Assembly (NCBI GenBank): GCA_965262725.1
Contig: OZ253555.1
Location: 864,001 to 928,000 of the forward strand
From: Dehalococcoidia bacterium
GTDB lineage: Bacteria > Chloroflexota > Dehalococcoidia > UBA2979
DNA: 64,000 bases
Direction of reading: 5' to 3'
Part shown: in pieces, positions 35,122 through 45,045 of the stretch
How the letters are laid out: the number at the start of each line of letters is the position of its first letter
How positions within the stretch are numbered: position 1 is the first letter of the stretch
The notes under the pieces: model-generated
Databases searched by the model: none
What the model was told of the DNA's origin: nothing
Seen by the model: only the letters and a program-made list of their open reading frames with translations
Program-made: the position numbers and the translations under genes

Positions 35122-37149
35122 TTAGTGCGCGCCGCCCACCCGCTCGAAGCGAGCACGCACCTCGTCGACGGCGCCGCGCGCCACGATCACGGTGACGCGA
35201 TCGCCGTGGAAGAGCCGCGTGTGCCCGCGCGGGATGTGCGTGGCGCCCTGGTGCCGCACCGCGACGATCACGGCATCGGGGGTCAGGTCGAGTTCGGTGA
35301 GCAGGCGGCCGTCGGCGCGACTCCCGCGCCCGACCTCCAGCTCCAGGTAGCGCACGTCGTCGCCGGCGACCGGCGCGAGACGGCGCCGGCGCTCCGCCGT
35401 CTCGCGCGTTCCGACGACCTGCGCGTACGCCTGCGTGATGTCGGAGCGGCGGAGCACGCCGACGGGCACCATGGCCTCGTCGCCCCGCTCGACGACCGGC
35501 AAGGCCGAGATCGCGTGTCCGGCGAATATGCGCAGCGCGTCGTCGAGCGTCGCGTTCGCGAAGACCGTTCGAACGTTGCGGGTGGCCATCTCCCCCGCCG
35601 TCGCGTCTGGTCGACCGTCGGCGAGCGCGCGGTTGAGGTCGGTGTTGGTAATGATGCCGGCAACCAGGCCGCGCTCGTCGAGCATCAGCGTCACGGACTC
35701 CGGATCGGCGTGGCCCTGCCGGATGATCTCGTCCGCCGGCATGTCGGCCGGGACGCAGAGCCGGACGGGCGACATCGCGTCGGCGACTCGGATCGTCTGC
35801 ATCAGGGAGACCGGCGCCTGCTCCTCCTCGACGTGCACCCCGGAGCGCTCGAGCTTGAAGGTGTAGATCGACCAGGGCACCAGCCGCTGCGAGATCACCG
35901 TCGCGGCGACCACCGCCGTCATCGAGGGCAGGATCAGGTGGTAGTCGCGCGTCAGCTCGAAGAGGATCAGGACCGATGTGATCGGCGCGCGCGCCATCCC
36001 GGCGAAGAGCGCGCCCATGCCGACGATCGCGTACTCCTCGGGCGTGTGGACGAGAGCCGGGAAGAGTCGCTGCATCGCGTCGCCGAACGCGCCGCCAAGG
36101 GCCGCGCCCATCACGAGCGCGGGTCCGAAGGCACCGCCTGATCCGCCCGAGCCAATCGTGACCGACGTGGCGACGAGTTTGAGCCCGACCACCAGCAGTA
36201 GCGCGCCGGCCGCCGTCTCGCCGAGCAGCGCCGCCTCGAGCGCGTCGTTGCTGAGCCCCAGCACGCGCGTGTCCCAGAGCGCCATCGCGCCGACGATCAG
36301 ACCGCCGAGCGCGGGGAGGAGGAGCGAGGGAAGGGGCAGCCGCGCGAATCGCTCCTCGGTCCAGTAGAGGCCGTACATGAAGGCGACGCCGACGAGCCCG
36401 GCGACTACGCCGAGGACGGCGTGGAGCGGCACTTCCCTCGGGTCAATGCTCGTGAGGGTCAGGATGTCGACGTAGGGGGCGTCGCCCCGGAGCGCGACCG
36501 AGGTGGCTGTGCCGATCACCGACGCGAGCACCACGACCGAGAAGTTGCGCGTGTTAAAGCTCCGCAGGATCACTTCCAGTGCGAAGAAGACGCCGGCGAT
36601 TGGCGTGTTGAAGGTGGCGGCGACGCCGGCAGCCGCCCCCGCGGCGAGCAGGAGGGTGACGGTGTCCGGGGAGAGACGGAGCGCTTGCCCCACGGCCGAA
36701 CCCACGGAGGCGCCGATCTGCGCGATCGGCCCCTCCCTCCCGGCCGAGCCGCCCGAGCCGACGGTGAGCGCGGTGGCAAGTGACTTGGTGATGGCGGTGC
36801 GCGGGTGGATCCGCCCGGCCCGCGTCTCCACGGCGAGGAGGATCTCGGCGACGCCCGGGCCCCGGGTCTCGCGCGCGAGACGAAACGCGAGCGGCCCCAC
36901 GAGAAGCCCGCCGAGCGCCGGGAGCAGTAGCAGGGTCCACCTCGAGGCGCCGAGCAGATCGGTCCACAGCAGGTCGAAGAAGAGCGCGTCGACTGCCTGG
37001 AGGAGGGCGGTGAAGCCGACGGCACCGAGCCCGGCGGCGAGGCCGACGATCGCTGCGAGGAGAAGCGGGGCCGCTTGCGACGAGCCGTCGATCTGGGCGG
37101 AGAGGCGCGAGCGCAGCCTCGCGCCCATCGGCGTTGGCGCGTCACTCAC
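35122..37149 (-). CDS. CLC-family anion channel/transporter with CBS pair and TrkA-C domain
   Basis: GPGVAE, GSAGREGP, FNTPIAG, GGSGGAFGP, SIYT; CBS repeats; IPRGHTRL..GD. Confidence 0.93.
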   Translation of the reverse strand: MSDAPTPMGARLRSRLSAQIDGSSQAAPLLLAAIVGLAAGLGAVGFTALLQAVDALFFDLLWTDLLGASRWTLLLLPALGGLLVGPLAFRLARETRGPGVAEILLAVETRAGRIHPRTAITKSLATALTVGSGGSAGREGPIAQIGASVGSAVGQALRLSPDTVTLLLAAGAAAGVAATFNTPIAGVFFALEVILRSFNTRNFSVVVLASVIGTATSVALRGDAPYVDILTLTSIDPREVPLHAVLGVVAGLVGVAFMYGLYWTEERFARLPLPSLLLPALGGLIVGAMALWDTRVLGLSNDALEAALLGETAAGALLLVVGLKLVATSVTIGSGGSGGAFGPALVMGAALGGAFGDAMQRLFPALVHTPEEYAIVGMGALFAGMARAPITSVLILFELTRDYHLILPSMTAVVAATVISQRLVPWSIYTFKLERSGVHVEEEQAPVSLMQTIRVADAMSPVRLCVPADMPADEIIRQGHADPESVTLMLDERGLVAGIITNTDLNRALADGRPDATAGEMATRNVRTVFANATLDDALRIFAGHAISALPVVERGDEAMVPVGVLRRSDITQAYAQVVGTRETAERRRRLAPVAGDDVRYLELEVGRGSRADGRLLTELDLTPDAVIVAVRHQGATHIPRGHTRLFHGDRVTVIVARGAVDEVRARFERVGGAH

Positions 37150-37196
37150 GGCGCACGACCGCCCGGTCCTCGTCTCGGGTGAGGGGAGGACTGCAT
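37146..37196 (-). CDS. Putative leaderless 16-aa upstream ORF (MQSSPHPRRGPGGRAP) coupled to CLC
   Basis: TACGGT (37204-37209) + 7 nt + ATG 37196; TGA overlaps the CLC GTG (GTGA). Confidence 0.45.
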   Translation of the reverse strand: MQSSPHPRRGPGGRAP

Positions 37197-37304
37197 GGCT
37201 TCGACCGTACGTCAGCCTCGCGTGCCGCGACAGGGGGACTCCGTGCGCGGTTGCCGTGCTGGTACAGTCCGCGTGAAGCCGCAGCGTGGTGTCGGGGGTG
37301 CCCG

Positions 37305-37793
37305 ATGTCGGCCGATGTCCACTCGCTCGCGACGCCGGAGCTCGAGGTGCGCCGGGGCGTCTGGCTGCGCGAGCGCTTCTCGGAGCCGATCAGCGGCTCC
37401 GCCGTCCGGCGCTGGGCGATCGCCTGCTACTGGCCCGAGCCGCCGCCTCGCCTCTACTGGGACGCCAAGTACGCGGCCGGTACCAGGCACGGTGGCATCG
37501 TCGCGCCGCTTGAGTTCAACGCCTTCACCTGGCCGGTCGAACGCGACGCCGCCGACTCCGGACTGGAGACGGATGCGCTTCCGGGGTTGCGCTCCATGGC
37601 GGGGGGCACGCGCGATCTCTACGGCGTGCCGATGCGCTCCGGTGACGTGATCCGCGAGCGCGCCCGCATCGCCGACTGGGAGCAACGGGAGACCAGACTC
37701 GGGCCGACACTCTTCATCCATTCGGAGACGGAGTGGACGAATCAGCGCGGGGAGCTCGTCCGCACCCGCTTTAGCACGAGCATCCGCTACTAG
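37305..37793 (+). CDS. MaoC/FAS1-like hot-dog dehydratase subunit
   Basis: VRRWAIA, YAAGTRHGGIVAP, MRSGDVI, WTNQRGELV. Confidence 0.85.
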   Translation: MSADVHSLATPELEVRRGVWLRERFSEPISGSAVRRWAIACYWPEPPPRLYWDAKYAAGTRHGGIVAPLEFNAFTWPVERDAADSGLETDALPGLRSMAGGTRDLYGVPMRSGDVIRERARIADWEQRETRLGPTLFIHSETEWTNQRGELVRTRFSTSIRY

Positions 37794-37830
37794 GGAGAGC
37801 CGCCGTGGAGAAGTCGATGGGCAGGAGGGC

Positions 37831-38286
37831 GTGACCGCCCCGCTCTACTTCGAGGACGTCGTCGTGGGCGACGAGCTCCCGGTGTGGTCGTGCGTGACGG
37901 GCCTTCTGAACTGGAACCGCTTCGCCGCCGTCAACGACGAGTTCTACGAGGTCCACATGGACGACGACGCCGCGCGCGCGGCGGAGAACCCCCAGGGGGC
38001 GTTCGGAATGGGGATGCTGCGCTTCTCCTACCTCCACAACCTGCTGCGCTCCTGGGCGGGCGAGGACGTCGACGTCCGCGAGCTCGGGTGCCGCTACCGT
38101 GCCGTCAACCAGAAGGGGGACGTCCTGCGCGTGACCGGACGCGTCATCGGCACGCGCATCGAGGACGGCGCCCATCTCGTCGATCTCGCGCTCGACGTGC
38201 TCAACCAGGACGGTGAGTCGACGACGCCCGCCCACGCGGTGGTCGCCCTTCCTTCCCGCCTCCGGGGAGTGGGTCTCCAGGCGTAG
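37831..38286 (+). CDS. MaoC-like dehydratase subunit
   Basis: YFEDVVVGDELP, FAAVNDEFYEVHMDD, NQDGE. Confidence 0.87.
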   Translation: MTAPLYFEDVVVGDELPVWSCVTGLLNWNRFAAVNDEFYEVHMDDDAARAAENPQGAFGMGMLRFSYLHNLLRSWAGEDVDVRELGCRYRAVNQKGDVLRVTGRVIGTRIEDGAHLVDLALDVLNQDGESTTPAHAVVALPSRLRGVGLQA

Positions 38287-38362
38287 CCGGGGCCGGCGAG
38301 GTCCTTATCGAGCGATCGCGACCCGTGTGGCGTCGGGCGGTCGGGGCCGGCGGCGTTGGCTT

Positions 38363-40246
38363 CTACGCGACGGTCTCGGCCTCGGCGGCGAAGAAGACGT
38401 TCCGGATCTGCTGGGCGATGCCCTCGGCATCGAGCTTGAGCCGGTGCCGCTGGTCGGCCGCGGTCCCGTGCTCGATAAACGAGTCGGGCATTCCGACGCG
38501 GTGCACCGAGACGTCGGAGAGCCCGGCGTCGGCGAAGGTCTCTAGGATGGCGGAGCCGAAGCCGCCGGCGAGCACGTTCTCCTCGACGGTGAGGACGCGC
38601 CGCACGCGCCGCGCCTCTCCCAGAAGCAGATCGATGTCGAGCGGCTTCACGAAGACCGCGTTAACGACGCCGCAGGAGATCCCCTCGTCGGCGAGGAGCC
38701 TCGCGGCCTCGATGGCTGCCTGAACCGGTTTGCCCAGGGCGAATATCACGACGTCTGAGCCCTTGCTGAGCACGTGGCCCCGCCCTATGGGCAACTCGCT
38801 GAGATCCTCGTCGAGGACGGCGCCTGCCGCTGCCCCCCGTGGAATGCGGATGGCGAAGGGGCCATCGTGCCGGTAGGCGGTGTAGACGAGGTGCTGGAGC
38901 TCGTTCTCGTCCATTGGCGCGGCGATCACGGTGTTGGGGAGGCACCGCAGAAACGAGATGTCGAAGGCGCCCTGATGCGTCTTGCCGTCCTCGCCGACGA
39001 TGCCGGCCCGGTCGGCGATCAGCGTGACGGGGAGATTCTGGATGCAGATGTCGTGGGCGACCTGATCGAACGCCCGCTGCAGGAACGTCGAGTAGATCGA
39101 GACGAAGGGTGTCAGCCCGCCGGTCGCCATCCCCGCCGCCATGCTGACGGCGTGCTGCTCGGCGATGCCGACGTCGAAGATCCGCGAGGGGAACTCCTCG
39201 CGGATCTCGGCGAGGCCGGTGCCCTCGAGCATGGCCGCGCTGATGCCGACGACGGATGAGTCGTCGCGCATGATCCGGGTGAGCGTCTGGGCGAACACCT
39301 TCGAGTAGGTGGGCGCGCCCGCCCCGGCCCCCAGTGGCGAACTCGGCTGGTGGAACTGGACGGGGTTGCTCTCGGCCGGCTCGTAGCCGTGCCCCTTGTG
39401 GGTCACGACGTGGATCACCGGCACAGACCCCGTCGGGTTCCTGGCCTGCCGGAGGGTGACCTCGAGCTGCTTGAGGTCGTGCCCGTCGACCGGTCCGAGG
39501 TACTCGAAGCCCATCTCGTTCCAGAACATGGTGGGAATGACGAGGCTGGCGAGGCCGGTATTGAACCTCTTCACGAGCCGGTAGAGGAGTTCTCCGGTCG
39601 GCATCTTCTGGGAGAGCGACCTCATCCGGTCCACCATCGCGTTGAACTCCGGATGGGTGATCACTCGCTTCCGCCAGTTCGTGAGGAATCCGATGTTCTC
39701 CGAGATGGACATTCCGTTGTCGTTGAGCACGACGATGAACCGTTCGGGGTTGAGATGCGCGATGTTGTTGAGCGCCTCGAAGCTCGAGCCCGAGGTCATG
39801 GCACCGTCACCGACGATCGCGATAGTCCACGAGTCGGGATCGCGGGTCGCCGCGCCGGTGGCGATGCCGAGGGCGATGGAGAGGCCGGTCCCAGCGTGAC
39901 CCGCGCACAGCGTGTCGTGGGGACTCTCGCCCGGTTCGCCGAATCCCGACAGTCCGCCCTCCAGGCGGATGCTCTCGAACTCGTCACGCCGCCCCGTGAT
40001 GAGCTTGTGCGTATAGAGCTGATTGGTCGTGTCCCAGACGAGGCTGTCCGTCGGGCTGTCGAACACGCGGTGCAGCGCCATCGTCAGTTCGACGACGCCG
40101 AGATTCGAGGCGAGGTGTCCGCCGCGCTCGACGATGACGGAGATAATGACGTCGCGCACCTCCTGCGCGAGCTGCTCCAGATCATCGTGGCTGAGCGCCT
40201 TCAGGTCGCTGGGGGAATCGATGCGGTCGAGGAGCCGGTCCGACAT
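38363..40246 (-). CDS. dxs: 1-deoxy-D-xylulose-5-phosphate synthase
   Basis: GGHLASNLG, GDGA...LNDN TPP motif, GPVDGH, GIAEQH, YSTFLQRAFDQ, DRAG..GEDGKTHQG. Confidence 0.95.
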   Translation of the reverse strand: MSDRLLDRIDSPSDLKALSHDDLEQLAQEVRDVIISVIVERGGHLASNLGVVELTMALHRVFDSPTDSLVWDTTNQLYTHKLITGRRDEFESIRLEGGLSGFGEPGESPHDTLCAGHAGTGLSIALGIATGAATRDPDSWTIAIVGDGAMTSGSSFEALNNIAHLNPERFIVVLNDNGMSISENIGFLTNWRKRVITHPEFNAMVDRMRSLSQKMPTGELLYRLVKRFNTGLASLVIPTMFWNEMGFEYLGPVDGHDLKQLEVTLRQARNPTGSVPVIHVVTHKGHGYEPAESNPVQFHQPSSPLGAGAGAPTYSKVFAQTLTRIMRDDSSVVGISAAMLEGTGLAEIREEFPSRIFDVGIAEQHAVSMAAGMATGGLTPFVSIYSTFLQRAFDQVAHDICIQNLPVTLIADRAGIVGEDGKTHQGAFDISFLRCLPNTVIAAPMDENELQHLVYTAYRHDGPFAIRIPRGAAAGAVLDEDLSELPIGRGHVLSKGSDVVIFALGKPVQAAIEAARLLADEGISCGVVNAVFVKPLDIDLLLGEARRVRRVLTVEENVLAGGFGSAILETFADAGLSDVSVHRVGMPDSFIEHGTAADQRHRLKLDAEGIAQQIRNVFFAAEAETVA

Positions 40247-40320
40247 CGGGAACTTCCTCGCTCGTGTCACGTCACGCCGCTCGCCAATTGGCCCTGGCGT
40301 GCCGGAGCGGCACTCCGGGG

Positions 40321-40349
40321 AGAGTATGTTCGGTGCATTTTTCTGACAA
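40321..40349 (-). promoter_or_regulatory. sigma70-type promoter of dxs
   Basis: TTGTCA (40344-40349), 17 nt, TACTCT (40321-40326). Confidence 0.65.
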
Positions 40350-40412
40350 GCAATGACGTGCGGGAGATTCAGGTCCGACACCGGACACGGCGCCTCGTGC
40401 GCGCGTGGGAGT

Positions 40413-41621
40413 TCAGCCCCGGTTCCGGCCGGGGTCGCCGGGCTCGTCGAGGGCTGCGCCCGCGAGGAGTTCCAGTGCTCGCGCCTCGATCGGCGGGTTC
40501 ACGAGCCCCCCGCGCACGTCGCGGTAGTGGCGCTCCAGCGGGTGGCCGCGCAGGAGCGCCACGCCGCCCACGATGCGCATCGCACCGTCGACCACCTCGA
40601 CCGCCCCGTTCGTGGCGAATCGCTTCGCAGCCGCGACCTGTGGCGCCAGCGCGCGACGCTCCTGGGGTCGCGCGTCCCACTCCTCGGCCGTGGAGAGCAG
40701 GAAGGTGCGGGCCGCCAGCAGCGTCGCGTCCATCCGCCCCACCTGCTCCCGAACGTGCGGTATCTGCGCTATCGGCGCTTGGTAGCCCGTCGGCTGACGC
40801 TCGCGCGCGAAGCGCACCGCCTCGTCGCGCGCCGCGACCGCCACCCCGAGGTAGGCGGCGGCGACGGTGAGGGGGAACCACCCTCCCTGCATCATCGCGG
40901 GATCGGCGTCGCCCGCCGGGCGACGCGTCAGCAGGTCGGCGTCGGTCAGCGGGACGCGGTCGAAGTGCACGTCGTGCGACGCGGTGGCGCGCATCCCCAG
41001 GGCGTCCCACGTCTCCTCGATGCGAACGCCGGGAAGGTCGCTGCGGACGGCGACGCGGCCGCTGTCGCCCGATCCGTCTTCGATCGCCACGTACGTGATG
41101 AGGTAGGTGAGCGCCGGCGCGAGCGTTGAGAAGGTCTTGTGGCCGCTGAGCCGCCAGCGCCCCGGACCGTCCGGCACGATCACCGTGCGCGGTCGTCCGC
41201 CGCCCCGGGGAGAGCCGAGCTCCGGTTCGGCGGCGATGTTGTTGACGAGCGCACCCTCCGCTGCGACCTGCCCCAGGATGCGGCGGCGCGCCTCCTCCGG
41301 CCACGAGCGGGCGGTGGCCTCGGTGCCGCAGGTCATGAGGTGCATGCCGACGGCGAGCGCCGTGGATCCGTCGCCGCGCGCGAGCACTATCTGCGCGGCG
41401 GTCACGTCGGCGAGCCCGTGCCCCCCACCGCCGTACTCGGCGGGGACGGCTGCGGCGAGGTAGCCGGCCTCCCGCAGTTCCCGGAGGTTCTCCCAGGGGA
41501 GCGTGGCGTCGCGGTCGTGCTGAGCGGCGCGGGCCGAGAACCGCGGCGCCAGTTCCTGCGCGACGGCGAGCAGCTGCGCCTGTGCCTCGGAGGCCGGATG
41601 GAGCGGGAGCGCGGGGTCCAT
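40413..41621 (-). CDS. Acyl-CoA dehydrogenase-fold flavoprotein (YdbM/DszC-like)
   Basis: VPAEYGGGG, LSGHKTFST, WDALGMRATASHDVHF, LERHYRD. Confidence 0.9.
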   Translation of the reverse strand: MDPALPLHPASEAQAQLLAVAQELAPRFSARAAQHDRDATLPWENLRELREAGYLAAAVPAEYGGGGHGLADVTAAQIVLARGDGSTALAVGMHLMTCGTEATARSWPEEARRRILGQVAAEGALVNNIAAEPELGSPRGGGRPRTVIVPDGPGRWRLSGHKTFSTLAPALTYLITYVAIEDGSGDSGRVAVRSDLPGVRIEETWDALGMRATASHDVHFDRVPLTDADLLTRRPAGDADPAMMQGGWFPLTVAAAYLGVAVAARDEAVRFARERQPTGYQAPIAQIPHVREQVGRMDATLLAARTFLLSTAEEWDARPQERRALAPQVAAAKRFATNGAVEVVDGAMRIVGGVALLRGHPLERHYRDVRGGLVNPPIEARALELLAGAALDEPGDPGRNRG

Positions 41622-41743
41622 CGCGGCCGAGCGTATCACCGGCCCACCGAAGCGGCCCCCGCCCCGGGGCCGGGAGGGATCTTTCGGGTCCCGGGCCCCG
41701 GACCACTCCCGCCGCCCGACCTGCTAACGTCGCGCGCTACATT

Positions 41744-43564
41744 ATGGAATCGTCGCTGCTCGCGGTGCTCGGCGTCGTGGGGCTGGCCGTGTCCATCGTC
41801 GGGTTCGTCGCCCGGCGGCTGCGCGTCCCGGCGGTCTTGCTGTATCTGCTGATCGGGGCTCTCGCCGGGCCCGGCCTCCTTGATCTCGTCAACCCCGACG
41901 AGCTCGGGGAGTTCTTCACGGTCGCGCTCGAGGTGCTCGTCGCGCTGATCGTCTTCGAGGGGGCATTCTCGATCGATCCGGACGGCCTGCGCCGCACGGG
42001 CCGCGTGGTCCGCAACCTGCTGACGCTCGGCATGGCGATCACCTTCGTGCTCGCCACGCTGCTCGCCGGTCTGCTCGGGGTCGTGCCGTGGGGGACGGCC
42101 TTCGTCTTCGGCGCGCTGGTCACGGTCACCGGCCCGACGGTGATCGGGCCGCTCGTGAGGCGCCTGCGCCTCAACGACCGCGTGGAGTCCGTGCTGCTCG
42201 CCGAGGGCGTGCTGATCGATCCGCTGGGCGCGATCCTCGCGGTCGTCGTGCTGGAGGTCGTGCTCTCCGGCCTGCAGGCCGATCCCTTCCTCTGGGCGCC
42301 GTCGCGGCTCGGCGGCGGCGCGCTGATCGGTCTGGCGGGGGCGGCCGCCGTGTGGCAGGTGCTGCGAATCCACCGCGAGGCTGACGAGCGCGACTCGCTG
42401 CTGCTCCTCCTGGGACTCGCCGCCGCGACCTTCGCGCTCGCCGAGAGCCTCCTCGATGGCTCGGGGCTGACCGCCATGGCGGTGATGGGCGTGGCACTCG
42501 GCACGGGGCCGGTCCCGCATCGCGAGGCCGTCACCGGCACGCAGGATACGCTCAGCCGCATTCTCGTGGCCGCTGTTTTCGTGCTCGCGACGGCGGCGGT
42601 CGATCTCTCCGTGGTCTCGCAGCTCTGGCCGCGCGGTTTCATCGTCGTGGCGGGGCTGATGCTGATCGTGCGGCCGCTCGCCGTCTGGCTCTCGGCTCGG
42701 GGGTCGGACCTCACACGCCGCGAGCGCCTCTACGTGGGGCTGATCGGGCCGCGTGGCGTCGTGGCGGCGGCGCTCGCCGCGTTCGCCGGCGAGGAGCTGG
42801 GTCCGATGGAGCGCGGCCCCGAACTGACGGCGCTCGTCTTCCTGACTATCCTCCTCACCATCGCGATCCAGTCGAGCTACGCGGGGCTGCTCGCGCGGCT
42901 CTTGAAGGTCGAGGCTATGCGGGCGATCGTGGCGGGCGCCGGGCAGGTGGGACGCCGTGTGGCGGCGCAGCTCGCGGCCGGCGGGCACTCCGTGATGCTC
43001 ATCGACAACGACCCCGAGGCGGTGTCGCGCGCCCGGTCCGAGGGGCTTCAGGCCGAGGTCGCCGACTGCACGGACGCGGAGGCGCTCGACCGGCTCGGGG
43101 CCGCCGAGGTCGCGCTCTCGGTGGGCGTGACCAATTCCGACCAGGCGAACCTCCTCTTCAGCCAGTTCATGCGCTCGACCGGAGTGGAGACCGAGGCGCA
43201 CGCGGTGGTCGTCCAGCCGGGCTCGCTCGAGGCGTTTCGCGCGGCCGGTGTGCACGCCGTCCGCCGCGACGAGGCCGTCGCGACCGCGATGTTCGAGATG
43301 ATGGGCAACCCGGCGATCTTTGACGCCCTCACCCACGACGATCAGCGGCTGGCGATCGAGGTACCGGTCGGCGGCTCGCTCGACGGGCGGCGCGTGATGG
43401 ATCTCGGTCTCCCCCCCGGCGTGCTGGTGGTGCTCGTGGAGCGGGGCTCCGGCGAGCTGGTGCCGCGCGGCACGACGCCGCTTCAGCGCGGCGACCGGTT
43501 GCTGCTCTTTGGCCGCGCCGATGCCGTGCGCGGCGCCCGCGACGCGCTCATCGCGCTCACGTAG
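41744..43564 (+). CDS. CPA1 cation:proton antiporter with TrkA-N and TrkA-C domains
   Basis: VTGPTV, EGVLIDPLG, IGPRGVVAA, GAGQVG Rossmann motif, VPRGTTPLQRGD. Confidence 0.92.
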   Translation: MESSLLAVLGVVGLAVSIVGFVARRLRVPAVLLYLLIGALAGPGLLDLVNPDELGEFFTVALEVLVALIVFEGAFSIDPDGLRRTGRVVRNLLTLGMAITFVLATLLAGLLGVVPWGTAFVFGALVTVTGPTVIGPLVRRLRLNDRVESVLLAEGVLIDPLGAILAVVVLEVVLSGLQADPFLWAPSRLGGGALIGLAGAAAVWQVLRIHREADERDSLLLLLGLAAATFALAESLLDGSGLTAMAVMGVALGTGPVPHREAVTGTQDTLSRILVAAVFVLATAAVDLSVVSQLWPRGFIVVAGLMLIVRPLAVWLSARGSDLTRRERLYVGLIGPRGVVAAALAAFAGEELGPMERGPELTALVFLTILLTIAIQSSYAGLLARLLKVEAMRAIVAGAGQVGRRVAAQLAAGGHSVMLIDNDPEAVSRARSEGLQAEVADCTDAEALDRLGAAEVALSVGVTNSDQANLLFSQFMRSTGVETEAHAVVVQPGSLEAFRAAGVHAVRRDEAVATAMFEMMGNPAIFDALTHDDQRLAIEVPVGGSLDGRRVMDLGLPPGVLVVLVERGSGELVPRGTTPLQRGDRLLLFGRADAVRGARDALIALT

Positions 43565-43667
43565 CCTCCCGCGCGTCTCCCCCCTCCTGCCGCCTCCCGT
43601 AGAATGCGCCGGCCAGCCGGCGCCACGCGCTGCTGGGGAGAACGTCGGCGCACGGGAGGGGGCGGGG

Positions 43668-45044
43668 ATGACGAGGCTCGCGATCCGCGGCGGAGCGCTG
43701 GTCGACGGCACGGGCGGGGCGCCCCTCGCCGACGCGACAGTGCTGGTCGAGGGCGACCGCATCGTCGCCGTCGGTCGCTCCGCAGCGATCGCCGTCTCCG
43801 AGGACGCGACGGTGGTCGAGGCCCACGGGCGCACGATCATGCCGGGTCTCATCGACATGCACGTCCACACCTCCCTCTGCGGAGAGGAGTCATTTCCGCT
43901 CTTCCTCGCGCTCGGCGTGACGACGATCCGCGACTGCGCCGCCGAGCCGTCCGAGATCCTGCCGCTCCGTGAGCGGGTAGCGAGGGGTGAGGTCGTGGGC
44001 CCGAGGATCGTCTCGATGGGACCGATCCTCGACGGCTCGCCGCCGACCTTCCCGCCGCCGCCTCCCCCCGGCCTCCGCGAGCTGCGCAGCGAGGAAGAGG
44101 CGCGCGCCGCTGCCGAGGCCGTGATCGAATCCGGCGCCGACGGGTTGAAGCTCTACGCCCGGCTGCCGCCGGACCTCACGGCCGCGATCCTGGAAGTCGC
44201 GCGCGGTCGCGTCCCCACGACCGGCCACCTCTCGCGCACGACGGCGAGCGAGGCCGTCCGGGCGGGGATCAGCTGTCTTGAGCACGTCCACGCCTCGCTC
44301 TATCAGGACATCGTCCGGGAGGAGGATCGGCACCCTGCCGACGCCGGCAACGGCGTCATGCCGAATTACTGGAACTGGCTGGCGGGCGGATGGGCGCGAG
44401 CCGATCTCGGGGCGCCTCACGTGCGGGATTTCCTCGCCCTGCTGGCCGAGCACGACGTCTCGCTCTGCGCGACCCTGATCATGATGACGGGGGGGATGGT
44501 GACCGAGGAGGCGGCCGAGGAGCCCGGGCTCGCCTACCTCCCCGCGCACATGCGGGAGCGTCACCTGCCGGAGGACGCCAGACGAGCCTGGGAGGAGCGC
44601 CGGGCCGCGGGCGCCCGGGCCGGACTGCCGCTGCAGCACACGGACGTGGTCACCACGCAGACCCGCGCGAAGCAGCTCGATTTCGTCAGGCGGGCGCACG
44701 AGGCGGGCGTCCGCCTGGTGATCGGGACCGACGTCGGCGGCGCGTCGATGCAGGTGCCCGGCTTCTCCATGCATCGCGAGATGGCGATCCACCACGAGGC
44801 CGGCATCCCGGCCGGCGACGTCATCGGGGCGGCGACTCGCGCCGCGGCGGAGGCGCTCTGGCGTACGGACGATCTCGGCACCATCGAGCCGGGGAAGTTC
44901 GCGGATATCGTGGTGGTCGACGGCGACCCGCTCGCCGACCTCGATGCCGCGCGCAATGTCGTCACGGTCGTCACGAATGGCGTGCCTCACGACGCCGCGG
45001 CGCTCCGGGAGCAGGCACGCGCCGTCGCGACGGCGACGGCGTAG
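43668..45044 (+). CDS. Metal-dependent amidohydrolase
   Basis: MPGLIDMHVH, GLKLY, LEHVH, IGTD, GTIEPGKFAD. Confidence 0.92.
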   Translation: MTRLAIRGGALVDGTGGAPLADATVLVEGDRIVAVGRSAAIAVSEDATVVEAHGRTIMPGLIDMHVHTSLCGEESFPLFLALGVTTIRDCAAEPSEILPLRERVARGEVVGPRIVSMGPILDGSPPTFPPPPPPGLRELRSEEEARAAAEAVIESGADGLKLYARLPPDLTAAILEVARGRVPTTGHLSRTTASEAVRAGISCLEHVHASLYQDIVREEDRHPADAGNGVMPNYWNWLAGGWARADLGAPHVRDFLALLAEHDVSLCATLIMMTGGMVTEEAAEEPGLAYLPAHMRERHLPEDARRAWEERRAAGARAGLPLQHTDVVTTQTRAKQLDFVRRAHEAGVRLVIGTDVGGASMQVPGFSMHREMAIHHEAGIPAGDVIGAATRAAAEALWRTDDLGTIEPGKFADIVVVDGDPLADLDAARNVVTVVTNGVPHDAAALREQARAVATATA

Positions 45045-45045
45045 C

